DNA from: a virus
Taxonomy: Duplodnaviria; Caudoviricetes
Virus record (IMG/VR): IMGVR_UViG_2799112954_000004
Location: 10,459 to 74,458 of that record
DNA length: 64,000 nt
Strand: one strand, 5' to 3'
Positions 30,553-39,209 of the stretch are shown one piece after another (position 1 is the first letter of the stretch; each line of letters opens with the position of its first letter). The notes below the pieces were generated by a model. It ran no database searches. It had not been told where the DNA came from and worked only from the letters and a program-made list of their open reading frames with translations. The position numbers and the translations under genes are program-made.

Positions 30553-30786
30553 TTAACGTGGATAGCGTTCAAGAAGCAAGGTCTTTGCCTTTTCCAATTC
30601 CAGCCTGGTATCGATACCTATCTGATGATAGAAGTCTCCATTTCCATTCAGCACCTCGCTCGCAATCTGTATGGATCTGCGTTCCTCATTCGTGAACCCT
30701 ATCCTAAACGTCTTGAAGATGGAGAGGGCTTTTTGCCACTCCCCACTTCTCATATAAGCTACCGCCTTTGAAGTCTTTGTCTCCAT
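30553..30786 (-). CDS. Hypothetical protein
   Basis: 77 aa coupled to ardC stop. Confidence 0.7.
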   Translation of the reverse strand: METKTSKAVAYMRSGEWQKALSIFKTFRIGFTNEERRSIQIASEVLNGNGDFYHQIGIDTRLELEKAKTLLLERYPR

Positions 30787-31787
30787 TATGCTTCCTGCTT
30801 AACTTCAACACCAACTCCAATCTTCTCGAGTATCAGCTTGGATGCCTTGGAAACGTCCGACATTACCGATACGATGAAGTTAGGCTCTTTCTTCAGAACC
30901 TTGCACCAGCCTTCAAGATACTTGGCGTTATCGTCTCTGATGCAAGCGTCGAAGCCTAACACTGATCCACAAAGTGCTGCAGTAAGCTCTGCCACGAGCT
31001 CTTCCTTTGCGTACTCTGCTTGCGAATACTTGCCACCTCCGATTCTTTTCAGCAAACTCTCATGGCCAGTGCTGTGAGCCATCTCGTGGATGAGCGTATC
31101 GTAGAACCTCTGACCGGACAGGTAAACCTCCTGCTCTGTATCTCCGACCTTGAACTGAGTCTTCATCGGGACCACAATCTCGAATGAACGGCACTTGTAA
31201 TACGCCTCGTCAGACAACTCCTGATACTTGATCGGGCAGTACCAACGCTGCATCGCCAGCATATCATCGATTTCAGCGTTCTCATACATTCCGAAGGTGT
31301 CCTTGGCTATCTCACGCTTGGTGAACTGTCCTTTCAGCTTCTCCACTTTCTTTGGCGCAACCTCTGCCAAATTGGTCTGGTCGAGATTGAACACGAGATA
31401 GCTCTTAAGGAACGGAGAATAGCTGTACTTCTTCTGCTCGTCTCTTCCCATAGCCTCATAGTCTTCCTCGTCAACTCGCTTACCATCCTCGTTCTTGTAG
31501 CTCGCTTTCCAAAACACTACGGGGAACGACTTGGAGCCTTTGTTCACACGGCCACCCAACTTGTTGATTTGCTTGATGGTAGCATACACCGGCAACTCAA
31601 ACTTATTCATCATCGTGTTCACCAGCAGGAAGAAATCGTTCATGCCCGAATAGTGACCACCGTTTATGTTCATCGGAGAGCCGCCGAATGATGATGTCAC
31701 CCAAGGCTGCTTCCAGTCTGTGCCTACAGCTTTCATGCGCTCAATCATAAGATCGCAGAACTTCTCGATAACTAAATCTGTTTTCAT
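30786..31787 (-). CDS. ardC: ArdC-like anti-restriction ssDNA-binding protein with zincin-like domain
   Basis: WKQPW, YSGMND, YATIKQINKLGGRVNKGSKS, VFNLDQT; HEMAHSTGH...YAKEELVAE. Confidence 0.9.
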   Translation of the reverse strand: MKTDLVIEKFCDLMIERMKAVGTDWKQPWVTSSFGGSPMNINGGHYSGMNDFFLLVNTMMNKFELPVYATIKQINKLGGRVNKGSKSFPVVFWKASYKNEDGKRVDEEDYEAMGRDEQKKYSYSPFLKSYLVFNLDQTNLAEVAPKKVEKLKGQFTKREIAKDTFGMYENAEIDDMLAMQRWYCPIKYQELSDEAYYKCRSFEIVVPMKTQFKVGDTEQEVYLSGQRFYDTLIHEMAHSTGHESLLKRIGGGKYSQAEYAKEELVAELTAALCGSVLGFDACIRDDNAKYLEGWCKVLKKEPNFIVSVMSDVSKASKLILEKIGVGVEVKQEA

Positions 31788-31817
31788 ACTTAGCCTCCTA
31801 TTGCTTTTAACTTTAAT

Positions 31818-31869
31818 ATGTTTCTTATTTACGTATGTAAAGTTAGTAATATTCAGCGTATTACGCAAA
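31818..31869 (-). promoter_or_regulatory. Class I promoter/operator/leader unit
   Basis: TTTG-20 nt-TAACTTTA; leader 15/16 at 31818-31832. Confidence 0.7.
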
Positions 31870-31923
31870 CTGGGAGCCGTTTATTTCCTTGCCTAAACAA
31901 TGTTTAACTCGTACTCATAGAGC

Positions 31924-32025
31924 AAAAAAATGTGCTGGCTACTTTCACAAGCAAACCAGCACACCATCTACAAGTGGGTTAGCCAAAAGCAATGAAGGCA
32001 TCGCCCAACTGTAAATAAGAAACAT
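31924..32025 (-). ncRNA. Candidate trans-acting antisense sRNA (~100 nt)
   Basis: Consensus -7 box TATCTTTG (32035-32028), 5' end ATGTTTCTTATTTACA, internal hairpin, terminator TGTGCTGG/CCAGCACA + T7. Confidence 0.75.
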
Positions 32026-32079
32026 TGCAAAGATAAATATATTATCTCAATAGACCTAAACAATTTAGAAGTTTTTGCA

Positions 32080-33615
32080 TTATAAAGCGTCATTCGCTAT
32101 CTGTTGTAACTCACGCTCATTGGTGGAGTATGGGTAGAACGTGTTGGCCACAGCATCCATCTTATCTGGTGAGCGCTTTATCTTCTCCTTTATGTCATCC
32201 TTGGACTCTATGATAATCTTGCCATTGCTTTGGAACTTCCATTTCGTGGACGTGACCTCCTCCATAAACTGATCATCGGGAGGCACCGCTGGCTGGAAAT
32301 TATTCTTCGGGTTAAGCCACTCTCTCATTTTCCAGTGGAGATAGGCTCGCATATTAGCAAACTCGTATTGGCCAGTGAGGTCATGCAGATTGGCTGCGCT
32401 CTCAGAGAACTTACAAGAGATGGCGTTATCGCAGCCAAGCTCTATCAACCTGGAATAGACTCCAGCTCCCTCTCCGATGGTATCTATGAAAGCACGCGCC
32501 TTGCTATTATAGAGATATACTCTCACCATGCCAGCGACCAGCATGTGGTCTGCCTTTCCTCCCGATTGGTGCACCTTGAACTCCGGAATGTAGTTGCCGT
32601 AGCGAGGGCAGATAACGGATGAGTCTCGACCCATACCAGCAACATCGACACCGAGCCTTGCAGACTTTCTCGGCTTGAAGTTCTGAGCATGAAGCACTTT
32701 CCACCTCTCGTTGGCAAGCTCAACCCACTCGTATGGGATGAGGACGTCCTCAGATACTCTCGGGAACATACCTCGCACTTTCACTCGGAACAGATCATCC
32801 GGACGATACACGCCTCCTTCCCATTTGAAGTCTCCTTGCCCCTCATCGTAATCTGACGGCTCTATCTTCTCGCACCACGTCTCGACCTTATCCTTTACCC
32901 ATTCATAGTCCACCTGGCCCTTGATAACGACTTTCTTCTTCACGACGTTCTCAGCATTCAGACTGTCAAGCCTAAACTTGTTGAAACGAGTGGAGCGCAT
33001 AGCATTAGCCGCATATCCCATGGTAACGTTAGGGTTGAACACAAGAAGCAACCTCGAATTGTTCTGCAAGTTGCCCTCGATAGCGTCATAGATGGTCTGT
33101 GAGATACCCGTTGCCTCGGTCACAACGAACATAATGTTGGAAGCATGGAGACCCGACCACGCCTCGGTGTTGTCATCATCAGCCTTGAAGCCAGTGAGGA
33201 ACCATTCCTCATAGTCGGTACGAATATCGTTTCCGACCAAACGGCCAGGGCAGGAGAATGGAAAACGTATCTTTGCCGACCGAATGAGTCTGCGGATCTC
33301 CGGCGTCATAATATTCTTCACCTGACGGTCCGTAGGGGCAGTCATAGCAACCTTGGTGTTCTCTACCATCACTCCGTTCTCAAAACGTGGGGTGAGGTAT
33401 AGAAAACACAAAGCACAGCAAGCTGCAACGAAATCCTTACCTCTTGCTGTGCCACTTGCCACTGCGGTCATCTTATTGTTCTGGACTGACTCGACGATGG
33501 CTTGCTGCTCTTTATCAAGTCTTACTCCAAGCACATCTCTACAAAACGCATTCCAATCCTTTCTCCAATATTCGACCGCCTTATTTATCAGCTCCTGCCT
33601 TTCCTTTTTGGTCAT
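32080..33615 (-). CDS. terL: Terminase large subunit
   Basis: Walker A-like ASGTARGKDF, FVVTEATG (Walker B), GVDVAGMGRDSS nuclease, RSPDKMDAV. Confidence 0.93.
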   Translation of the reverse strand: MTKKERQELINKAVEYWRKDWNAFCRDVLGVRLDKEQQAIVESVQNNKMTAVASGTARGKDFVAACCALCFLYLTPRFENGVMVENTKVAMTAPTDRQVKNIMTPEIRRLIRSAKIRFPFSCPGRLVGNDIRTDYEEWFLTGFKADDDNTEAWSGLHASNIMFVVTEATGISQTIYDAIEGNLQNNSRLLLVFNPNVTMGYAANAMRSTRFNKFRLDSLNAENVVKKKVVIKGQVDYEWVKDKVETWCEKIEPSDYDEGQGDFKWEGGVYRPDDLFRVKVRGMFPRVSEDVLIPYEWVELANERWKVLHAQNFKPRKSARLGVDVAGMGRDSSVICPRYGNYIPEFKVHQSGGKADHMLVAGMVRVYLYNSKARAFIDTIGEGAGVYSRLIELGCDNAISCKFSESAANLHDLTGQYEFANMRAYLHWKMREWLNPKNNFQPAVPPDDQFMEEVTSTKWKFQSNGKIIIESKDDIKEKIKRSPDKMDAVANTFYPYSTNERELQQIANDAL

Positions 33616-34063
33616 CTTTCTCGTATCCGTCAACCATGGACTGGAGGGCACTTACCCATTCATCACTATCAACTTTCACATCTTGTCTGTCACGCCAAAT
33701 GTCCGGGCGACGATTCTTCAGCCAAAAGATAGCAGCCGTAGTGTCTGGCGGTATCGGGTCCTCAGTGGTCTCCACCTTTGCTGGTTTCTGATTGCCGTTC
33801 TCGTCCATCTCCACAATAATCTTCTTATGCTTGATGACGATATTACCAACAGCACGATTATAGAGGGACTTTGTCACCTTTGCGTCTGCAACGGATTTTC
33901 CCTCTTTCAGCGAGTCCAACAATGAGCTGTATTTCTTTTTCCATCTATGGAACGTTCTTACAGTTATTCCAAGGATGTCTGCTATCTGCTCGTCTGTCTT
34001 TCCTTCTACGGCGAGTGCCCACACAATATGGTCATGAGTCTTTGGATTATACGTTGTTGCCAT
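33581..34063 (-). CDS. terS: Terminase small subunit
   Basis: N-terminal HTH (TDEQIADILGITVRTFHRWKK), PPDTTAAIFWLKNRRPDIWRD. Confidence 0.9.
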   Translation of the reverse strand: MATTYNPKTHDHIVWALAVEGKTDEQIADILGITVRTFHRWKKKYSSLLDSLKEGKSVADAKVTKSLYNRAVGNIVIKHKKIIVEMDENGNQKPAKVETTEDPIPPDTTAAIFWLKNRRPDIWRDRQDVKVDSDEWVSALQSMVDGYEKDDQKGKAGADK

Positions 34064-34961
34064 ATTTCTCTAACGCCTTTACAAGTCCTAACCAACGTTT
34101 CTTCGGAGGAATGATGCCATCTTTCTCCATGTTGTCAAGAGCCTCTTTCACTTTCTGAGCATCCTCAACAGGTATTGCACCGGCACCGAACACTCTCGTG
34201 AGTGGCACATACTCTTGCGTGGAGTCGAAATCTGCGTCAGCCATTTTCTCCTCAGCACATTTCACCATCATATAGATGGCTTGGCCAATATTCTTTACGT
34301 TCTCAAACTCCTTGAATTTCTCGAGAGTCTGGAGCAATTTCTCATACTGATCGATGTAAGCGACACCGATGAAGTCTCTGCCGCTTGCTTTCTTGACGAG
34401 AGCTTCCAAATCCTTCACCTGATAGGGCAGGAAAAGGAACTCCATCTGCTGCCAATCGAAATCCGTCTTCGGGTCGAGCAACTTCTCAATGGTGAGCTTT
34501 GGCTCCTCGAACAAATCCTTGCCGCCATAAGACTCAATCTTATCATCAACATCGGTAATCATCTTTGCGATTTCCCGAAGCGTGTCCTTGTCATCGTAGC
34601 CATCGATGGCATTATGGGCCAGTTGCTTTGCAGCCTTTTGGGAACGGTTGAGCCCCGATAAGTCAAGCAGGACGTACACGAACTTCAGTCCTGCGGCTTT
34701 GGCGGCTCTTATCCTATGGTGGCCACTGATGATCTCTACACGGCCATTGAAATACACGCAGAACGGAACGGACTCCAGCTGACCACGATGCTTGATATTC
34801 TCAGTCAGTTGGTTCATCATTTCGTTTGGCTGAATACGGGCGTTCTTATCCTGCTCCTTGATGATGGATATTTCAACTTTTGAAAAGACAATGCCAGTGC
34901 CCATGTCGACAAGGTACTCAACACCGTCTATTTTTGGTTTTTCTGTCTGTTCTGTTGCCAT
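34047..34961 (-). CDS. ParB/Srx-like domain protein
   Basis: NARIQ...IISGHHRIRAAK...QLAHNAIDG. Confidence 0.85.
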   Translation of the reverse strand: MATEQTEKPKIDGVEYLVDMGTGIVFSKVEISIIKEQDKNARIQPNEMMNQLTENIKHRGQLESVPFCVYFNGRVEIISGHHRIRAAKAAGLKFVYVLLDLSGLNRSQKAAKQLAHNAIDGYDDKDTLREIAKMITDVDDKIESYGGKDLFEEPKLTIEKLLDPKTDFDWQQMEFLFLPYQVKDLEALVKKASGRDFIGVAYIDQYEKLLQTLEKFKEFENVKNIGQAIYMMVKCAEEKMADADFDSTQEYVPLTRVFGAGAIPVEDAQKVKEALDNMEKDGIIPPKKRWLGLVKALEKYGNNV

Positions 34962-36343
34962 AGCTTCTCTTTCTTTAGAAATTCTTTCAATATCTCGTAA
35001 GGCTTTTTGTCGGTTAGCTCAGCACGATACTGGAGTTTATAACCGATCTTCGACTTATCCTTATTGTAGCACTTCATAACACCGCGCATCTCCTTGCTCT
35101 CCGGATACTTGGTAATCATAGAAGTTTGCATATACTTGTAATTCTTCATCTTATCTGCTGCAACGTATGGAGCAATGAGAGGCTTGCTCATACTCAGCAT
35201 TACCATCAATCTGTGAAGTCTAAGATACGCGTGCTGTGGAGTGATACCGTAGATGAGCATCATTTGGTCTCCAGCAACGGAAGCAGGAGGCTGCAATGCT
35301 ATTCCCATTACTCCCCAAAGCAAACCGTCAGCAAAGAGAGCGAAGTCGAGATTGACCATACCGCCACCACCTTGAAAATTGTGAGTCCACAGGTTGCGGT
35401 AATATTTTGCGATGGAGGCTGTAATCTTCTTGATTCCGATTTTGGTCTTCTCTGTTATCTCGTAATCAAGCGGCATGATGGAACAATTTAGTTTTTGCGT
35501 TTTATCCTCATTCGCCCTCGATATCATCGTGCCATTGGATAACTGGAGGGCAACCTCCGGCTTATTCGTGGTCTGATAAACGTTGAAGTCTCCACGGCTG
35601 TTATGCCGACAGAAGATGGGGAAGCCAGCAGTTTCTCCCACCTTACATTCCTCGTAAGCGAGGATCAACGCATTCGCGTCTCCCATCAAGTCAACCATAA
35701 CGTCTCTTCTTCCAGTCTCTGGGTCAAAGATGTTGTAGCTCGGCTCTTTCCACGTCACCATATCTCCAAAATTGAACTGTTGCTCGTAGCCTCCTTTGTA
35801 GGTCGGCAGCTGAGCAACAATAAGCGTCTTCTCGTCATCCTTTACTTCGTTCAGATGGTCTATCAAGTCCAGTGGTCGATAATTGATGCCGTGGAGTATT
35901 TTCTTTGCATGGTCGAGTGAAGTTTGGAAATCCTTAATGTGGCTCACTCTATTCAACTCCATATCTCTCAGCATGGAGTAGCCATAATCGTTTCCAGCCG
36001 ATTTGCGAAGCCTATGGTACAGCATAGCGTAAAGCACCGTTGCTGGGTCCTTGCATTCCTCATCTGTAAAGCCCTCGATATGTATCTCTAAATCATCCAA
36101 AGGCTTGTCCATGATGGCATATCCGAAAACTGAGGAATAGAGGGTGACGTCGCTCGCTTCAATCTGATCAGGCTTGAACCCTGCTTGAACCGCTAAATTT
36201 GACATGGCGAAAGAACCAGCGCACGGCTCGACTATTCTTGTGAAACCCTGCGCTTTTGCGTTTATCATTATCTGCTTGATAAACTTCTGCTGATCAGAAT
36301 GCACCTGACCAATAAACAAACTTCCTGGGGACGCAAAAATCAT
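34928..36343 (-). CDS. Putative DNA adenine-modification enzyme (MTase-like N-terminus + Mom/GNAT-like C-terminus)
   Basis: VEPCAGSFAMS (SAM-binding motif I), QLPTYKGGY (variant motif IV); C-terminal FADGLLWGVMG...TKYPESKEMRG. Confidence 0.65.
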   Translation of the reverse strand: MIFASPGSLFIGQVHSDQQKFIKQIMINAKAQGFTRIVEPCAGSFAMSNLAVQAGFKPDQIEASDVTLYSSVFGYAIMDKPLDDLEIHIEGFTDEECKDPATVLYAMLYHRLRKSAGNDYGYSMLRDMELNRVSHIKDFQTSLDHAKKILHGINYRPLDLIDHLNEVKDDEKTLIVAQLPTYKGGYEQQFNFGDMVTWKEPSYNIFDPETGRRDVMVDLMGDANALILAYEECKVGETAGFPIFCRHNSRGDFNVYQTTNKPEVALQLSNGTMISRANEDKTQKLNCSIMPLDYEITEKTKIGIKKITASIAKYYRNLWTHNFQGGGGMVNLDFALFADGLLWGVMGIALQPPASVAGDQMMLIYGITPQHAYLRLHRLMVMLSMSKPLIAPYVAADKMKNYKYMQTSMITKYPESKEMRGVMKCYNKDKSKIGYKLQYRAELTDKKPYEILKEFLKKEKLWQQNRQKNQK

Positions 36344-36368
36344 ACACGAAAAAACAATGTTTCTCTTG

Positions 36369-36440
36369 TCCGGAGGGACAGTTTCGCTCTACCACCTCCT
36401 TAGCCCCTTGCTAAGTGCTCTATCATTAAGCTACCTCCGG
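36369..36440 (-). ncRNA. 72-nt tRNA-like cloverleaf in operon leader
   Basis: CCGGAGG/CCTCCGG acceptor, TA, GCTT-AATGATA-GAGC D arm, CTTAGC/GCTAAG stem, GAGGT variable loop, GGTAG-AGCGAAA-CTGTC T arm. Confidence 0.65.
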
Positions 36441-36452
36441 TTTTTCTACTCG

Positions 36453-36484
36453 CAAAGATACGAAATATATTTGAAAGACAAATA
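36453..36484 (-). promoter_or_regulatory. Class II promoter (modification/terminase operon)
   Basis: TTTG-18 nt-TATCTTTG; perfect TATTTGAAAGACAAATA at 36468-36484. Confidence 0.72.
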
Positions 36485-36598
36485 TCATTAACAAACTTTA
36501 GCAATCATCCACACAAAAAGAGGCAGAGGGCTGGCACGCTCCCTCCACCTCAAGCAACATTACAAACCAAAAACATTATACTCGTGTCTGAATGCTAT

Positions 36599-37072
36599 TT
36601 AGTCGTAGCTCATATTCTCCGGCTTGATATTGTCGAGAACATTCAGATACCTCTTCGCTATGCTCCTTGCTTCTTTCAGCGAATGGAAATGAGTGTTACC
36701 ACACTCTTCCTCAGTAGCACCAGGTATATCTGTATCCCATTCTCTGACCGCCACAAACATACGATGGATGAGATTCAAAATCTGAGCACTGTCGTAGTCA
36801 CCTTTCACAATCAGATAGAAACCAGTGAGGCATCCCATCGGCCCAAAATAGATGATGCTGTCTTTCCATTCATCATCATTTCTAAGGAATGTGGCACCAA
36901 TATGCTCAATGGTGTGGGCTGCTTCTGGGAGCATATAATCTACATTCGGCTTTTCCACTCTTATGTCGAAGGTGGTGATGATGTCTCCCGATGGCGTCCT
37001 ATCCTTCCTTGACACATAGATGCCGCACTGCAGCTTCTTGTGGTCAACTTTGAAACTTTCTATCTTTTCCAT
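36599..37072 (-). CDS. luxS: S-ribosylhomocysteine lyase (AI-2 synthase)
   Basis: HTIEH, YFGPMGCLTGFYL, IPGATEEECGN...HSL. Confidence 0.95.
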   Translation of the reverse strand: MEKIESFKVDHKKLQCGIYVSRKDRTPSGDIITTFDIRVEKPNVDYMLPEAAHTIEHIGATFLRNDDEWKDSIIYFGPMGCLTGFYLIVKGDYDSAQILNLIHRMFVAVREWDTDIPGATEEECGNTHFHSLKEARSIAKRYLNVLDNIKPENMSYD

Positions 37073-37074
37073 TT

Positions 37075-37332
37075 TTACTCCTCCACTTTATCGTAGGTCT
37101 TCTTAAAGGCTTCGGGCTTGCAAGGGTACAGCTCACCGAGGACCCCCTTGATGATATAGTCTCCTTTGCTTGCGTGCATTTCACCTTCGAGGGTGGGGAT
37201 AACAAGTTTGTCACTATTCTCAGAAAGAAGCGAGACCTCACCATTCGAGAACTTGGATATTTCATCAAAATTACGGCCATCCCATTGAACAGCCGTAACT
37301 TGAACTCTTTTCTTAATATACTTTCCAATCAT
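37075..37332 (-). CDS. Conserved phage protein
   Basis: VTAVQWDG...IPTLEGEMHASKGDYIIKGVLGELYPCKP motif. Confidence 0.8.
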   Translation of the reverse strand: MIGKYIKKRVQVTAVQWDGRNFDEISKFSNGEVSLLSENSDKLVIPTLEGEMHASKGDYIIKGVLGELYPCKPEAFKKTYDKVEE

Positions 37333-37337
37333 AATGA

Positions 37338-38594
37338 TTACAAGCCAAAAGTCTCTCTCAGATAGTCTGCAATATCAGTCTTCTCCCAAGTGAACAGATC
37401 CACCTGCATAGTCTTCTCGGGATTATACTTGCTCTTAAAGACCTTCGTGACCGTCCTCGGCTCACGTCCAAAGTGACCGTAGGAGGCTGTCTCAAAGTAC
37501 ATAGGCTGTCTCAGCGAGAACCTTTGCTCAATGAACTTCGGGCGCAAATCGAAGAAATTTCTGATGTACTCAGCAATCTCTCCGTCAGTCTTATCAACGT
37601 GGCTCTTTCCATAGGTGTTGACGAACACACTGACAGGCTGAGCAACGCCAATGGCATAAGCAAGCTGAACGAGCATTTCATCAGCAACTCCTGCAGCAAC
37701 CATATTCTTGGCAATCCAGCGAGCCATATAAGCGGCAGAACGGTCAACCTTACTTGGGTCCTTGCCGGAGAAAGCACCACCGCCGTGCGCTCCACGGCCG
37801 CCATAGGTGTCAACGATAATCTTACGGCCAGTCAAACCCGTGTCTCCATGAGGACCACCGATAACGAACTTTCCAGTAGGGTTGACGTACAGCCCGAAGG
37901 CACCACTAAGCAAGTTCCGAACGTTCTTGTCCTTGATTCTCGAACGGACTCTCGGAATGAGGATGGTACGAACGTCATTCTTGATCTGCTCCTGCATAGC
38001 CTCATCTGAGCCGAACTCATCGTGCTGGGTGGAGATAACGATATTGTCAATGTGCAATGGCGTACCATCATCTGAATACTTAACCGTCACCTGACTCTTC
38101 GCATCGGGACGGAGGTAGGTCATCACCTTACCTTCCTTTCTGATTGCAGTAAGTTCCTCCATCAGCAGGTTTGCCAAATAGATGGGCGTAGGCATATACG
38201 TCTCGGTCTCATTTGTTGCGTAACCGAACATCATACCTTGGTCTCCTGCTCCTTGCTCCATTACGTCTGCTGTTTCAACACCACGATTGATGTCGTCACT
38301 CTGCTCATGGATGGCATTGATGATACCACAAGAATCGTAATCAAACTGGTATTCTGCTTTCGTATAGCCTATGCGTCTGATTACTTCTCTCGCTACAGCT
38401 TGCAGGTCAATATATGCGTTGCTTCTTACCTCTCCTGCGAGAACTACCTGCCCTGTGGTGCAAAGGGTTTCAACTGCGACATGTGACTTTGGGTCATACG
38501 CCAAAAACTGGTCTAAGATTGCGTCTGAAATCTGATCCGCAACCTTGTCTGGGTGTCCTTCTGATACGGACTCCGAAGTGAATAAATAAGCCAT
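37338..38594 (-). CDS. metK: S-adenosylmethionine synthetase
   Basis: [62 protein letters not shown]. Confidence 0.97.
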   Translation of the reverse strand: MAYLFTSESVSEGHPDKVADQISDAILDQFLAYDPKSHVAVETLCTTGQVVLAGEVRSNAYIDLQAVAREVIRRIGYTKAEYQFDYDSCGIINAIHEQSDDINRGVETADVMEQGAGDQGMMFGYATNETETYMPTPIYLANLLMEELTAIRKEGKVMTYLRPDAKSQVTVKYSDDGTPLHIDNIVISTQHDEFGSDEAMQEQIKNDVRTILIPRVRSRIKDKNVRNLLSGAFGLYVNPTGKFVIGGPHGDTGLTGRKIIVDTYGGRGAHGGGAFSGKDPSKVDRSAAYMARWIAKNMVAAGVADEMLVQLAYAIGVAQPVSVFVNTYGKSHVDKTDGEIAEYIRNFFDLRPKFIEQRFSLRQPMYFETASYGHFGREPRTVTKVFKSKYNPEKTMQVDLFTWEKTDIADYLRETFGL

Positions 38595-38615
38595 ATAAAC
38601 TAAAATAATATATTG

Positions 38616-38715
38616 CACCCGTCTTCGGATTCGGACCGAAACTCCCGTGCGCATGGGACTCCACGTTCTATACGGCATCGCCTGCTGCCTTTTGCACTAC
38701 CGTACAGGGACGGGT
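38616..38715 (-). ncRNA. ~100-nt tRNA-like structured element upstream of metK
   Basis: ACCCGTC/GACGGGT closing stem stacked on TTCGG-TCCGAAT-CCGAA T arm, three internal hairpins. Confidence 0.5.
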
Positions 38716-38721
38716 TAATGC

Positions 38722-39123
38722 CTACATATCGAAAAGACTCAACTGCTTGTACTTTGGCTCCTTGCTCTTGCCGAACTCCTCAACTCCGAGATTCAGCTTC
38801 TCATTGAGCCAGTCTGCAAGAAGATGGCGATGGCAGAAATCGTCCGGCTTCTCAAAGCAACAGAGAGCAATGTCTCTTCCGCCACTGACCTCCTGCAGCT
38901 TTCTCAGCACCTCATTAGGATTGAGGCGACCAAGGACTTCTCTCTTATACCGCGCTGTATAAACGTCCAAATCCTGCTCGTTCAGAATGGAGTAGGTCGG
39001 CGCCAGCTCTTTCAGAGATAAACCGTAATACCACTGTGGAGGATATAAAGCTACTCCTACCATCTTAACTCCGGCTTTCTTCAGCTTCTTGCCGTTCGCG
39101 AAATATGACGTGTAAACTTTCAT
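38722..39123 (-). CDS. DUF488-like protein
   Basis: VYTSYFAN...IALCCFEKPDDFCHRHLLADWL. Confidence 0.8.
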   Translation of the reverse strand: MKVYTSYFANGKKLKKAGVKMVGVALYPPQWYYGLSLKELAPTYSILNEQDLDVYTARYKREVLGRLNPNEVLRKLQEVSGGRDIALCCFEKPDDFCHRHLLADWLNEKLNLGVEEFGKSKEPKYKQLSLFDM

Positions 39124-39142
39124 TTATCTTTGTTTTCTTATG

Positions 39143-39174
39143 TAAAGGTAATAAAAATAATTGAAAGACAAATA
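39143..39174 (-). promoter_or_regulatory. Class II promoter variant (SAM operon)
   Basis: TTTG-18 nt-TACCTTTA; TAATTGAAAGACAAATA at 39158-39174. Confidence 0.65.
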
Positions 39175-39209
39175 CTTTACCCCCAATTATTTTCCCATCT
39201 AAACTAAGT

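Noticed and set aside
36369-36440. Functional tRNA-Pro (AGG read from a 7-nt loop)
   Set aside because: No U33, an extra C-G pair closes the loop, the T loop is non-canonical and there is no CCA
38600-38720. Known SAM riboswitch upstream of metK
   Set aside because: I could not match SAM-I or SAM-II consensus elements; kept only as an unassigned tRNA-like structure
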